Positions 8,425-18,279 of a stretch of 26,387 bases of DNA are shown here, piece after piece. The DNA lies in the NCBI GenBank assembly GCA_049667415.1, contig JBATIA010000192.1, positions 1-26,387 on the forward strand. Direction: 5' to 3'. The position numbers and the translations under genes are program-made. Position 1 is the stretch's first letter; each line of letters starts with the position of its first letter. The notes under the pieces were generated by a model. That model searched no databases. It saw only the letters and a list, made by a program, of their open reading frames with translations, and was not told the DNA's origin. The DNA comes from Ignavibacteriaceae bacterium (GTDB taxonomy: Bacteria; Bacteroidota; Ignavibacteria; Ignavibacteriales; Ignavibacteriaceae).

Positions 8425-10046
8425 ATTTTAATTACCTGGTGCTCAAATTTATTTATTTGCAGCTTGTCAAAAATATTCCTGATGAAATCATCACCATATT
8501 TATTTGCAAAATAAACGAAGTTAAGCTCGCGCTCCTGTAAATTAAAATTTGGAAAAAGATTAACTGCTGCACGGTCTATTTGCCTTAATGTTACTTCATA
8601 CTTTTTCTGCTGAGCCTTTTCAGCTTTTGTTTTAAGTTCATTTATTGAACCGAATATCTTATCTCTGTACTTGTTACTAGAATCGGCTATAGTTTTATCG
8701 AGATCGATTAATTTTTCTTTCAGCTGGTCAAAAGCAGTTTCCATTTGATTTGTTAATCCATCGAACATATCATCTATCGAGCGTTCTTCCACTGAATTGA
8801 TTATTTTCTTTTTAACATTGTCCACATCAATGAATAATTCGTTTATCTCTATAGAATGTTTTTCCAGGATGTTTGAAATTACGTTTTCCAGAATTGTTGC
8901 TGATGAACGCGGATAAATTATTGGTGGAACAATTCCATAAAATTCATATAAAGGTTTGATTTGCGCAAAGTACGAAATTTCACTGGGTCCGCCTACATAA
9001 AATGCGGTGGGAAGTAAATAGTCCTGGCAAATAGGTCTAAGCAGTACGTTTGGGCTGAATTTTTCAGGCTCATTTTCAAGTAACTCCAGTAATTGCTCTT
9101 GTGTAAAGCTTTTCCTTTTCCTTCTTAGTCTGTACTCATTCTCTACAGGTTCTATGGAATGCCGGCCTTCATCAACCATCAAAAATAGATTTACCGGTTT
9201 AACTTTCACCTGTGCGTGGTATAATTCTTCGAGTGTGGCACTAAAATGAACAAGCTTTTCTGTGTGAAGTCTGAAATCAGTTATCTCTTTTTTAAAAACT
9301 GGTTTAAGAAGTCTTTTTATAGCATAATCTTGTGGGTCAAAAATTACTAATCCATATTCATCAAAGTACTTAAATAGCACATCTTTGAAAGCTTCTTTAA
9401 ATGATTTACCTTCTTTATAAAAATCTTTTAGTTGCTCAACTAAAGGAGATTTGAATTCTGTATCCTTAAGACCTTTATTGAGATTATTGAAGAAATCATT
9501 AATTGAATCATCAAATTTTTTGAATCCTACACTCTGTTTTGCATCATCTTCTTCAATCTCCTCCTTATACCCGATAGTGAGAAGTGTATTTGCTTCATCA
9601 ATAATTTTAATTGATCTTACTTCGTTGAAATCATGATCATCACCTTCTAGCCAAAATACTGGTACAAAATTATAATCATCATATCTCTCGGAAAGAAAAC
9701 GGCTTAATTTTATTACTGTAATAATTTTGTAAAATGTGTATAGTGGTCCGCCCATAATTCCAAGCTGTTGCCCGGTTACAATTGCCAGTGTTTTTTTATC
9801 TGAAAGTTTCTTTATGTTTTTTTCAGTTAGTTCTGATGTACTGAGATGTGTGTACTGCCCGGAAATTAATGAACTAATATCGGGTGATAATATTCGTCTG
9901 TTTTCGGTGATACTTTTAAATATCTTGAGATAGTTCTCTCTGTTTCGGAAATCATATGTATAAAAGTCGGTAACATTTTCAAACTCATATAAATAATCCA
10001 GGAATAGATTCTGATGTCCTGGTATATCACTAAAATTTATGTACAT
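8421..10046 (-). CDS. bshC: Bacillithiol biosynthesis cysteine-adding enzyme
   Basis: IVTGQQLGIMGGPLYTFYK, PVFWLEGDDHDFNEV, FSPNVLLRPICQDYLLPT..YVGGPSEISYFAQ, coiled coil, LQERELN; 541 aa; GAGGA SD at 10055-10051. Confidence 0.96.
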   Translation of the reverse strand: MYINFSDIPGHQNLFLDYLYEFENVTDFYTYDFRNRENYLKIFKSITENRRILSPDISSLISGQYTHLSTSELTEKNIKKLSDKKTLAIVTGQQLGIMGGPLYTFYKIITVIKLSRFLSERYDDYNFVPVFWLEGDDHDFNEVRSIKIIDEANTLLTIGYKEEIEEDDAKQSVGFKKFDDSINDFFNNLNKGLKDTEFKSPLVEQLKDFYKEGKSFKEAFKDVLFKYFDEYGLVIFDPQDYAIKRLLKPVFKKEITDFRLHTEKLVHFSATLEELYHAQVKVKPVNLFLMVDEGRHSIEPVENEYRLRRKRKSFTQEQLLELLENEPEKFSPNVLLRPICQDYLLPTAFYVGGPSEISYFAQIKPLYEFYGIVPPIIYPRSSATILENVISNILEKHSIEINELFIDVDNVKKKIINSVEERSIDDMFDGLTNQMETAFDQLKEKLIDLDKTIADSSNKYRDKIFGSINELKTKAEKAQQKKYEVTLRQIDRAAVNLFPNFNLQERELNFVYFANKYGDDFIRNIFDKLQINKFEHQVIKI

Positions 10047-10185
10047 TTAATCCTCGTTGAATGAATTAGCCAGATTATTTTGCGAAAGATACTGCTTTTA
10101 ACTGCTATTTTAAAAGAATGAATCTTTCAGGTTACAAGTCGTTTTCCTATTTTTAATTGATCAATTAATAAAAACGTTTTATTCT

Positions 10186-11202
10186 TTGGAAATAAATTTT
10201 TTCAAATATTTTACCTTTAAAAGAGCCGGGAACGCTATTAAGATACTAAGTTCCTTTTATCTATCGAGACTTTTAGGTAAATCCATCATTTGGGGAATGC
10301 CCATATCTTATTCCATTGAACCAACAAATCATTGTAATCTTCAGTGTCCAGAATGTCCGTCCGGATTAGGTAGTTTAACACGTCCCTTAGGTTTATTAAA
10401 AACCGATGATTTCAAAAAGCTTATTGATGAAATAAGCTGTACAGGTTTTTACATTCAGTTGTTTTTTCAGGGTGAACCTTACATAAATAAAAACTTGCCC
10501 GAGATGATCAGGTATGCACAGACTAAGAATGTGTATGTTTCCATTAGTACTAACGGACATTTTGTGAATGAGAAAAACGTTGAATTAGTGCTTGATAATT
10601 CTCCTGATAAACTAATTTTTTCAGTCGATGGTTTGGATGAGGAAAGTTATCAGAAATATCGTGTTGGAGGAAGCTTTGAACAAGCAGATGCCGGATTAAG
10701 ATCATTAATTAATCGCAAAAAAGAGCGCGGATCAAAAAAACCTTTTATTGAGTTTCAATTTATTGTAATGAAACAGAATGAGCATCAAATGGAGGATATA
10801 AGAAAATATTGCAGGGAGGTCGGTGTTGATAAATTGGTTTTCAAGACAATGCAAATTTCTTCTTACGAGAATGCACTTAAATTTCTTCCAACAAATGAAA
10901 AGTATAGAAGATATATTCTTAATAACAAATCCTTCAAAATAAAATATGAAATAAAAAATCATTGCTTTGCTTTATGGAGAACCTCCGTAATTACCTGGGA
11001 TGGAAGGGTAGTCCCTTGCTGTTTTGACAAGGATGCATTGAATGAGGTTGGTATAGTAAACGGCCGATCATTTGATGATGTTTGGACGTCGAAGGAATAT
11101 TCGGCTTTCAGAAATAAAATTCTTTCAAGTAGAAAGTCTGTTCCGATGTGTACAAATTGCACCGAAGGTTTAAAAGTAAATATCTTTGAAATTGAACAAT
11201 GA
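10186..11202 (+). CDS. Radical SAM/SPASM(twitch)-domain protein
   Basis: IEPTNHCNLQCPEC (CxxxCxxC), QGEP, STNG, FSVDG; C-terminal CFALW...WDGRVVPCCFD...CTNC; TTG start. Confidence 0.92.
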   Translation: MEINFFKYFTFKRAGNAIKILSSFYLSRLLGKSIIWGMPISYSIEPTNHCNLQCPECPSGLGSLTRPLGLLKTDDFKKLIDEISCTGFYIQLFFQGEPYINKNLPEMIRYAQTKNVYVSISTNGHFVNEKNVELVLDNSPDKLIFSVDGLDEESYQKYRVGGSFEQADAGLRSLINRKKERGSKKPFIEFQFIVMKQNEHQMEDIRKYCREVGVDKLVFKTMQISSYENALKFLPTNEKYRRYILNNKSFKIKYEIKNHCFALWRTSVITWDGRVVPCCFDKDALNEVGIVNGRSFDDVWTSKEYSAFRNKILSSRKSVPMCTNCTEGLKVNIFEIEQ

Positions 11203-11208
11203 AACATT

Positions 11209-12201
11209 ATGGAATCCAATAATAAGTATACTTTTTCTTTTACCAGACGAGCTAATTTAGTTAACAAAACTACTCTTATTATTATCGCTAAAATATTAAT
11301 TACAGTAGGGTTACTTTTTTTTCTTATTAAGTCAGTGGAATATGATAAGATAGTCTATGCACTAAGCAATGCAAATCTTTATGTTATAGGTGTGGTAGTA
11401 CTTTTAGGAGTAATTAATATCTATCTTCAATATACTAAATGGAACCTAACCTCCCGTGAGGTTCTTGGGGTAAATGATAAATCGAAAAGTATTCGTTCTT
11501 TGTTTTATGGTTTTTCTGCTGGAATTATAACACCTTTACGTGTGGGAGAATATTTTGGTCGTGGCATTGAGTTTAAAGATAAATCGTTGTTGCAGGTAAC
11601 TTTAGCAACCCTGGTTGATAAATTTTTCCCTTTACTCATTGTAGCCCTTCTTGGATCTGTTTCAAGTCTTTTCTTCATTTATTTCTATTATCAGGTTTCC
11701 CTTTATATAGTTGTTGCCCTTTTTATTATAACTTTTACTTTATTCTACATATTAATTTTATTGCTCTTAAGTAAGAAATTTTGGAATACTCTTTTATTTT
11801 CAAAGATCAAATCATCTCAAAAATTAAAAAGCTTTTTTGATAAAATTAAAATCTTCCAAAACCTGGATAGGAAATATTTCTACAAAATGTTCCTGATTTC
11901 CTTCCTGTTTTACTCATGTTTCTTAATACAATATGCGCTGCTTGTATCAGCTTTTTCTAATCATTATGATTACTTTCATTATTTATGGGCAGCAAACTTA
12001 ATTATGTTTACAAAAACTGTTATTCCTCCAATATCTCTGGGTGAATTAGGAATAAGGGAGGGAGCATCAGTGTACTACCTGACACAAATGGGAGAAAGCG
12101 CTTCAGTTGCTTTTAATGCATCAATATTACTTTTCATTATAAACCTGCTGTTTCCTGCTTTAATAGGTGTAGGCATGTTTTTTAGAAAAAATGGCAAATG
12201 A
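11209..12201 (+). CDS. Lysylphosphatidylglycerol-synthase TM / flippase-like (UPF0104) membrane protein
   Basis: About 8 TM segments; ITPLRVGEYFGR, LVDK and LGELGIREG motifs. Confidence 0.85.
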   Translation: MESNNKYTFSFTRRANLVNKTTLIIIAKILITVGLLFFLIKSVEYDKIVYALSNANLYVIGVVVLLGVINIYLQYTKWNLTSREVLGVNDKSKSIRSLFYGFSAGIITPLRVGEYFGRGIEFKDKSLLQVTLATLVDKFFPLLIVALLGSVSSLFFIYFYYQVSLYIVVALFIITFTLFYILILLLLSKKFWNTLLFSKIKSSQKLKSFFDKIKIFQNLDRKYFYKMFLISFLFYSCFLIQYALLVSAFSNHYDYFHYLWAANLIMFTKTVIPPISLGELGIREGASVYYLTQMGESASVAFNASILLFIINLLFPALIGVGMFFRKNGK

Positions 12202-13345
12202 TTTGTCCTCTCTGGTATTATTTCTTCTCATAGCCTGTTTATTTTTATTAATCCACTATCTGATATTTTTGTTGCTTATATCACGAGGATTGAAAAATTT
12301 AAAAAATTCACTCACTGAAACACTTGCACATGAATATATTTCTATAATTATCCCATTCAGGAATGAAGAAAAAAATATAATAGCAAACCTAAAATCGATT
12401 GAAGCACAAGTTTATCCTAAAGATAAATTTGAAGCTATTTATGTGAACGATTCATCCGAAGATAATTCTCTTGATCTGCTGAATAAGAGTGTGAAGGGAA
12501 GCAATATCAGGATTTTTACAGTTCCTAAAGACTATTCACTGAATGCTCATAAAAAAAGAGCTGTTAGATATGGAATAGAAAATGCCAAAGGGCAAATTAT
12601 TGTAACAACTGATGCAGATTGCATACATGATGAAGAATGGCTGAAATCTTTAACTCAGTCTTTTGATTCTTTAACTGGCTTTGTTTCTGGTCCAGTCGAA
12701 TTTGAGACAGATAATAGTTATTTCTCAAAATTTCAAAAAATGGAATTTGCAGGTTTGGTTCTTTGTGGTGCGGGATTAATTGGCGCAGGTCATCCAACAA
12801 TATGTAACGCTGCAAACATTGCGTACAGAAAAAAAGTATTCGATGAAGTTGGAGGCTTTAAAGATCAGATGAATTTATCTTCAGGTGATGATGAATTGCT
12901 CATGCAAAAAATCTCAAAAGACTCCGACTTTAAAGTAAAATTCTGTATTGATAAAAGCGCAATAGTTAAAACCTCTGCGAACAAAACTATAGGCGATTTT
13001 TATCAACAGCGAAAAAGATGGGCGAGTAAAGGTTTGTTTTACGGTGATAAAAGTCTAGTGTTGAAGCTAATTCTTATTTATGCTTTTTATGTAGGATTGA
13101 TAGCACAACTTATTCTCGGATTGGTAATTAACTCTTCATTCCTCTTATTATTTTTCCTTTCAATAATCTTAAAAATCATATTCGAATTTAGAATTCTATT
13201 GAAAGGTAAAGAATTACTTTTCAGCGACCTTCAGTTAAAATATTTATTTGTTGCTGAGATTATTCAAATTCCATACATCATCTTTACAGGACTTGTAGGT
13301 GCATTCGGCAACTTTTTATGGAAGTCACGAAAACTAAAACGATAA
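12191..13345 (+). CDS. Membrane-bound family 2 glycosyltransferase
   Basis: SIIIPFRNEE, VNDSSED, TTDADC, SGDD, QQRKRW (QxxRW); N- and C-terminal TM helices; 11-nt overlap with the upstream gene. Confidence 0.93.
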   Translation: MANDLSSLVLFLLIACLFLLIHYLIFLLLISRGLKNLKNSLTETLAHEYISIIIPFRNEEKNIIANLKSIEAQVYPKDKFEAIYVNDSSEDNSLDLLNKSVKGSNIRIFTVPKDYSLNAHKKRAVRYGIENAKGQIIVTTDADCIHDEEWLKSLTQSFDSLTGFVSGPVEFETDNSYFSKFQKMEFAGLVLCGAGLIGAGHPTICNAANIAYRKKVFDEVGGFKDQMNLSSGDDELLMQKISKDSDFKVKFCIDKSAIVKTSANKTIGDFYQQRKRWASKGLFYGDKSLVLKLILIYAFYVGLIAQLILGLVINSSFLLLFFLSIILKIIFEFRILLKGKELLFSDLQLKYLFVAEIIQIPYIIFTGLVGAFGNFLWKSRKLKR

Positions 13346-13373
13346 TTTTCCAGCATACACTTCAGAATCTTTT

Positions 13374-13391
13374 TGTCTAATTAAATAGACA
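13374..13391. promoter_or_regulatory. Dyad TGTCTA-N6-TAGACA, candidate enhancer (bEBP) binding site
   Basis: TGTCTAATTAAATAGACA is self-complementary at 16 of 18 positions and is centred ~87 nt upstream of the start predicted from the sigma-54-like element. Confidence 0.45.
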
Positions 13392-13442
13392 TGTAATCTT
13401 TGCATTTAGCCTATTTTCGAACAAAATCAATTTTTTTGTTGT

Positions 13443-13457
13443 TGGCATCTTCATTGA
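13443..13457 (+). promoter_or_regulatory. Candidate sigma-54 (-24/-12) promoter
   Basis: TGGCATCTTCATTGA versus consensus TGGCACG-N4-TTGC, with exact spacing but A instead of C at -12; followed by GGAGG SD (13483-13487) and ATG 13494. Confidence 0.55.
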
Positions 13458-13493
13458 ACTTTATGAACCGTAAACATAACACGGAGGTGTAAA

Positions 13494-14837
13494 ATGAAAC
13501 GGATCATAATTTTTGCAGTAGTTCTTTTTGTCGCAGTAACTTTTAATGCAGAAGCAAAAAGACATCATCACGGGGTGGGTGGATATTTCTACACGCAACT
13601 CGCTCCATACGGATCCTGGATTGAAGTTGATTATGGAGTTGTAGTTTGGAGACCAACAATAATTCGCACTAACTGGATGCCCTATAATGTCGGAAGATGG
13701 GTTTGGACATACGATGGCTGGTATTGGGATTCGTACGAACCTTTCGGACACATCACTTATCATTATGGCAGATGGTACTTTGATGATTATTATGGATGGC
13801 TCTGGTATCCTGACTATGAGTGGGCTCCGGCGTGGGTAGAATGGAGATATGATAACAACTACATCGGCTGGGCTCCGCTGCATCCTTATGCAGTATTCTC
13901 AGTATCGGTTGGGATATACTTCACCAGCGCATATTATACTCCTTACTATCACTGGCACTTTGTGAATTACAATTATTTCTGTGATCCTTACGTGTATAAC
14001 TACTATGTAGAACCGGGATATAAATATAGGATTCATAGCGGGACAAAATACAGACACGACTATACCTACCGAAATGGCAGAGTCCAAAACAGAGGAATTG
14101 ATGTTAAATACATTAGTACACGATCCGGTCAAAAAATAAAGCAGCGTGATCTGACAAGAGTTAGAGATGCTAAAGATCTGGATAGGGATAGTTATCGTAA
14201 CAGAGATGAAATCCGAACACTTGATTTGAAACGAGATGAATTGGTAAGAAACGATTTAGGTCGTATGGAGATCAAACGAGAAAACAGAAAAACTTCTTTA
14301 GAAATTGATAAGGTACAGATTGGACGAAGAGAAAATGTGTCGACTGAAAAAAGAGAGGATAAATCCAAAGACAGAAATCTCGATATGCGAAAGAACGATC
14401 AAACCAGAAATGATAGGAAAGAAAATGTTGATAAAGTTTTTGATAGAAATAGGACGGAGACTAAGCGAAACTCTGAGCTGAATGAAAACAAGAAAAACGA
14501 TAATATTGAAACGCGAAAAAGAGAAACTGATAAGATTAACAAACAAAATGAAAACATTAGAAAGAATAGTGATGTTAATACAAGAAACCAAAATCAGGTT
14601 AAAGATCAGAGCAGAGTTAAAACAAACAAATCTTTAGATATCGATAGAAATAGACAGGAGCAAAAAAAAGAAGTGAAGCGTGAGAACACAAGAGTAACAA
14701 ATAATGATCAGGTGAAAAGAAACGAAGTAAAAGAAAAAAATAGGAATGATAATCAGCAGAACAAACGTAGTGAGACTAAAATCAAAACGGATAGAACGAC
14801 GAAAAAGGATAATTCAAGAGAACGAAGTAGAAGGTAG
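13494..14837 (+). CDS. Secreted DUF6600-like Trp/Tyr-rich protein with long charged low-complexity tail
   Basis: Signal peptide MKRIIIFAVVLFVAVTFNAEA; FYTQLAPYGSW...WRP...PY..GRWVW...EPFGHITYHYGRW...WAPAWVEWR...IGWAPL; C-terminal half is mostly R/K/D/E/N. Confidence 0.85.
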   Translation: MKRIIIFAVVLFVAVTFNAEAKRHHHGVGGYFYTQLAPYGSWIEVDYGVVVWRPTIIRTNWMPYNVGRWVWTYDGWYWDSYEPFGHITYHYGRWYFDDYYGWLWYPDYEWAPAWVEWRYDNNYIGWAPLHPYAVFSVSVGIYFTSAYYTPYYHWHFVNYNYFCDPYVYNYYVEPGYKYRIHSGTKYRHDYTYRNGRVQNRGIDVKYISTRSGQKIKQRDLTRVRDAKDLDRDSYRNRDEIRTLDLKRDELVRNDLGRMEIKRENRKTSLEIDKVQIGRRENVSTEKREDKSKDRNLDMRKNDQTRNDRKENVDKVFDRNRTETKRNSELNENKKNDNIETRKRETDKINKQNENIRKNSDVNTRNQNQVKDQSRVKTNKSLDIDRNRQEQKKEVKRENTRVTNNDQVKRNEVKEKNRNDNQQNKRSETKIKTDRTTKKDNSRERSRR

Positions 14838-14863
14838 TGCTTAATAACCAACTCTCTCCACGC

Positions 14864-14895
14864 AAGCGGTATCATTAACGGTACCGCTTTTTTTT
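14864..14895 (+). terminator. Rho-independent terminator
   Basis: Stem AAGCGGTATC (14864-14873) / GGTACCGCTT (14880-14889), 10 bp with one G-U, 6-nt loop, running into T8 (14888-14895). Confidence 0.9.
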
Positions 14896-14934
14896 ATATA
14901 TTGCTCGCCAAATTTATAATAACCAGAAAATCAA

Positions 14935-15720
14935 ATGCGAGATAAAAGTAATACACTTTTCTATATTCTTGGAGTATTCTTTGTAGCAAATGCACTCCTG
15001 GCAGAATTTATTGGAGTGAAGATTTTCTCACTTGAAAAATGGTTGGGTTTAGAACCAATCAATCTTTCATTTTTTGGAGAAAGTAATCTTTCATTTAACT
15101 TAACTGCAGGAGTACTCCTTTGGCCGGTTGTATTTATTATGACCGATATCATAAATGAATATTTTGGTCGCAAAGGGGTGAGGTTTATGTCATTCACTGC
15201 TGCATCCCTTATAGCATATGCCTTTCTGATGGTCTTTTTTGCAATCAGATTAAATCCTGCTGACTTCTGGATTGAGCGTGAGACTGTTTATGGAATATTA
15301 AATATGGATCTTGCTTTTAACACTATTTTTGGGCAGGGATTATGGATAATTATAGGATCTTTAGTAGCGTTTCTAATTGGGCAGTTAGTGGATGTTTATG
15401 TATTTCATTTTCTTCGGTCTTTTACAGGAAGTTCAAAAATTTGGCTGCGTGCTACTGGTTCGACACTTGTTTCACAGTTTATTGACAGTTTTGTAGTACT
15501 CCTTATTGCCTTCTATTTTGGAGCTGGGTGGGATTTATCATTGGTCCTGGCTATAGGCGTGGTTAATTATATCTATAAGTTTGTTGTAGCAGTTTTTCTC
15601 ACACCGCTCTTATATGTTCTTCACTACTTTATTGATCTATATTTAGGTAAGGAACTTTCCCATAAAATGATTGAAGAAGCTGCAAAAGAAAGCAAACCCA
15701 AACCAATTTTAAATCCATAA
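14935..15720 (+). CDS. yhhQ: Queuosine precursor transporter (YhhQ/DUF165, VUT family)
   Basis: GVLLWPVVFIMTDIINEYFG, IIGSLVAFLIGQLVDV, WLRATGSTLVSQFIDSFVV, YKFVVA..LTP. Confidence 0.9.
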   Translation: MRDKSNTLFYILGVFFVANALLAEFIGVKIFSLEKWLGLEPINLSFFGESNLSFNLTAGVLLWPVVFIMTDIINEYFGRKGVRFMSFTAASLIAYAFLMVFFAIRLNPADFWIERETVYGILNMDLAFNTIFGQGLWIIIGSLVAFLIGQLVDVYVFHFLRSFTGSSKIWLRATGSTLVSQFIDSFVVLLIAFYFGAGWDLSLVLAIGVVNYIYKFVVAVFLTPLLYVLHYFIDLYLGKELSHKMIEEAAKESKPKPILNP

Positions 15721-16002
15721 TCAAAATTGCGATCAAATATTAGCTCTTATTTCTCCTTAATGATGTTTGCAACTTAGGCTTATTCAATAATTTCAAGTAA
15801 TTTTGTTACATAACTATTTTGAAATTTGAGAAACGAACTAGAATACACTCGTTATTCTCTGGCTGTTTTTAATTAATTTATTCATCATCCAGCATATCGA
15901 TTTAAGATTTCCATTGTTAACACGAAGACACAAGATCATTCGAATTAATTTTGGAAAATTATCTATGTTATTGGAAAACATAATTAGCAGGAGTTTAAAA
16001 AA

Positions 16003-18261
16003 ATGAAGATTAGAAAAGAAGAAGCTCTGGAATATCATTCTTCGGAGCGGATTGGTAAAATTGAGGTTATAGCTACTAAACCTTTCTAAACTTCGCGGGA
16101 TCTTTCGCTTGCGTATACACCTGGTGTTGCCGAACCGTGCAGAGAAATTCAGAAAAATGTTGAAGATGTGTACAAATACACGGCAAAAGGTAATTTGGTT
16201 GCCGTAGTTTCAAATGGAACGGCTGTATTAGGTCTTGGTGATATCGGATCTGAAGCAGGCAAACCTGTGATGGAAGGAAAGGGAGTTTTGTTTAAAAGAT
16301 TCGCAGACATTGATGTATTTGATATCGAAATCAGAAGTAAGGATCCCAAAGAGGTGATAAGGACAGTACAGGACCTTGAGCCGACATTTGGCGGAATTAA
16401 CCTGGAAGATATTAAAGCACCGGAATGTTTTGAGATAGAAGAAAAGCTTAAGGAAACGATGAATATTCCTGTCTTTCATGATGATCAGCATGGTACTGCG
16501 ATTATTTCATGTGCTGCACTAATCAACGCTGTAGAGGTTGCAGGTAAGAAAATAGATGAAGTAAAAATTGTTGTGAGTGGCGCGGGTGCTTCTGCGATAT
16601 CTTGTTGTAAGCACTATATAATGGCTGGTGCGAAAAGGGAAAATATCTGGATGTTTGACACTAAAGGATGTATTACGAAGGATAGAAAAGACCTGAATAA
16701 GTATAAAGAAGAGTTTGCACAGCAAAAAGGCTTCTCTTCACTTGCCGAAGCAATGAAAGGTTCTGACGTTTTTATAGGACTGTCGACAGTCGGCGTAGTA
16801 AATAAAGAAATGGTAAGATCCATGGGTAAGAATCCTATAATTTTTGCTATGGCAAATCCCGATCCTGAAATTATGTATGATGAAGCTGTTTCAGTCAGAG
16901 AAGATCTTATTATGGCAACTGGCAGAAGTGATTTTCCAAACCAGGTAAACAATGTACTTGGTTTTCCCTTTATTTTCAGAGGTGCGCTGGATGTTAGAGC
17001 AACCGCAATAAATGACGAAATGAAAATGGCTGCTACACTGGCTCTAGCCGGTCTGGCTAAGGAAAAAGTTCCCGAAATGGTTATAAGAGCTTATGGAGGT
17101 GAAGATTTTTCTTTCGGTAAAGAATATATAATTCCAAAGCCTTTCGATCCGAGAGTATTGTGGTACGTAGCACCGGCAGTTGCTAAAGCTGCTATTGAGA
17201 CCGGCGTATCAAAAATTAAAGAAGTGGATTGGCAAAAGTACGAAGAAAGACTAAAGGAAAGGCTTGGATTATCTAAAGAACTAATTCGTGTGATGATTCA
17301 TAAAGCACAGAAGCAACCATTGAAAGTTGTTTTCCCTGAGGGAGAAGAAGAAAAAATAATCAGGGCTGCGCATGTTGTAAATAATGATAATATGGCATTC
17401 CCGATTTTGTTGGGTAACGAAAAAATAATTAGAGGTGAAATTGACAGACTTGGATTTGAACAAAATGAATTTCAAATTTTTGATCCTGAAGTAAGCGATA
17501 AAATAAATATTTATGCTGATGCGTTTTTCAAAAAACGTTCAAGAAAAGGCGCAACGCTTAAAGATACCAGAAGTCTCATGAAGAAAGCTAATTATTTTGG
17601 ATCAATGATGGTTGAATTAGGCGAGGCTGATGCTTTGATTAGCGGTTTAACTACAAGTTATCCGACTACAATAAGACCTGCCCTTCAATGTGTAGGTATT
17701 AGGGAGGGAATAAAGGTAGTTTCAGGTCTATATATTGTCTTTGCAAAACAAGATGCTTATTTCTTTGCAGATACTACCGTGAATGTCAATCCTACTGCTG
17801 AACAGCTTGCTGAAATCGCCGTATCTGCAGCTGATACAGTCAAAAAGTTCGATGTAACACCAAGAATTGCAATGCTTTCATTTAGTAACTTTGGCAGCGC
17901 TCCTTATCCTGAATCTATTAAGGTTAAAGTTGCTACTGATTTAGTGAAGCAACGAAGACCAGACTTGATTATAGATGGAGAAATGCAGGCTGATACTGCC
18001 GTTGTTCCCGAAATAATCCAAAGTGATTTTTCATTCAGCAATCTTAAAGGAAGAGCTAACGTTCTTATTTTCCCTGATCTGAATTCAGGTAATATTGCAT
18101 ACAAGCTAATGGCCCGTATTGGGCAAGCCTCTGTTGTGGGTCCAATACTTATGGGTATGAAAAAACCAATACACGTTTTGCAACGTGGAGCTACAGTAGA
18201 TGATATTATCAATATGACTGCTATTGCAGTCGTTGAAGCGGTTGCGGCGAAGAAAAAATAA
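16003..18261 (+). pseudogene. maeB: NADP-dependent malic enzyme-PTA fusion with an in-frame stop at codon 29 (pseudogene or base-call error)
   Basis: CAGGAG SD (15988-15993), ATG 16003, [45 protein letters not shown] with TAA at 16087-16089, in frame with the 16168-18261 ORF ([47 protein letters not shown]-like C-domain). Full length would be 752 codons. Confidence 0.88.
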
Positions 18262-18279
18262 TCAATTGCATTAAGAAGG

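Noticed and set aside
14150..14837. Tandem repeat or CRISPR-like array in the purine-rich tract
   Set aside because: No fixed-period repeat unit; explained by R/K/D/E/N codon bias of a low-complexity tail
14838..14934. preQ1 riboswitch upstream of the queuosine-precursor transporter
   Set aside because: The only hairpin is the upstream gene's terminator, and the remaining ~40 nt lack a preQ1-like stem-loop. An Rfam scan would be decisive.
15838..16038. 66-aa minus-strand ORF upstream of maeB
   Set aside because: Overlaps the true maeB start and SD in antisense and has no recognisable features
16087..16089. Stop-codon recoding (Sec, Pyl or an alternative genetic code)
   Set aside because: The codon is TAA, not TGA or TAG, and TAA terminates many other genes in the window normally
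16168..16170. GTG start proposed for maeB
   Set aside because: Homology, SD and ATG extend 55 codons upstream; this is an internal Val codon
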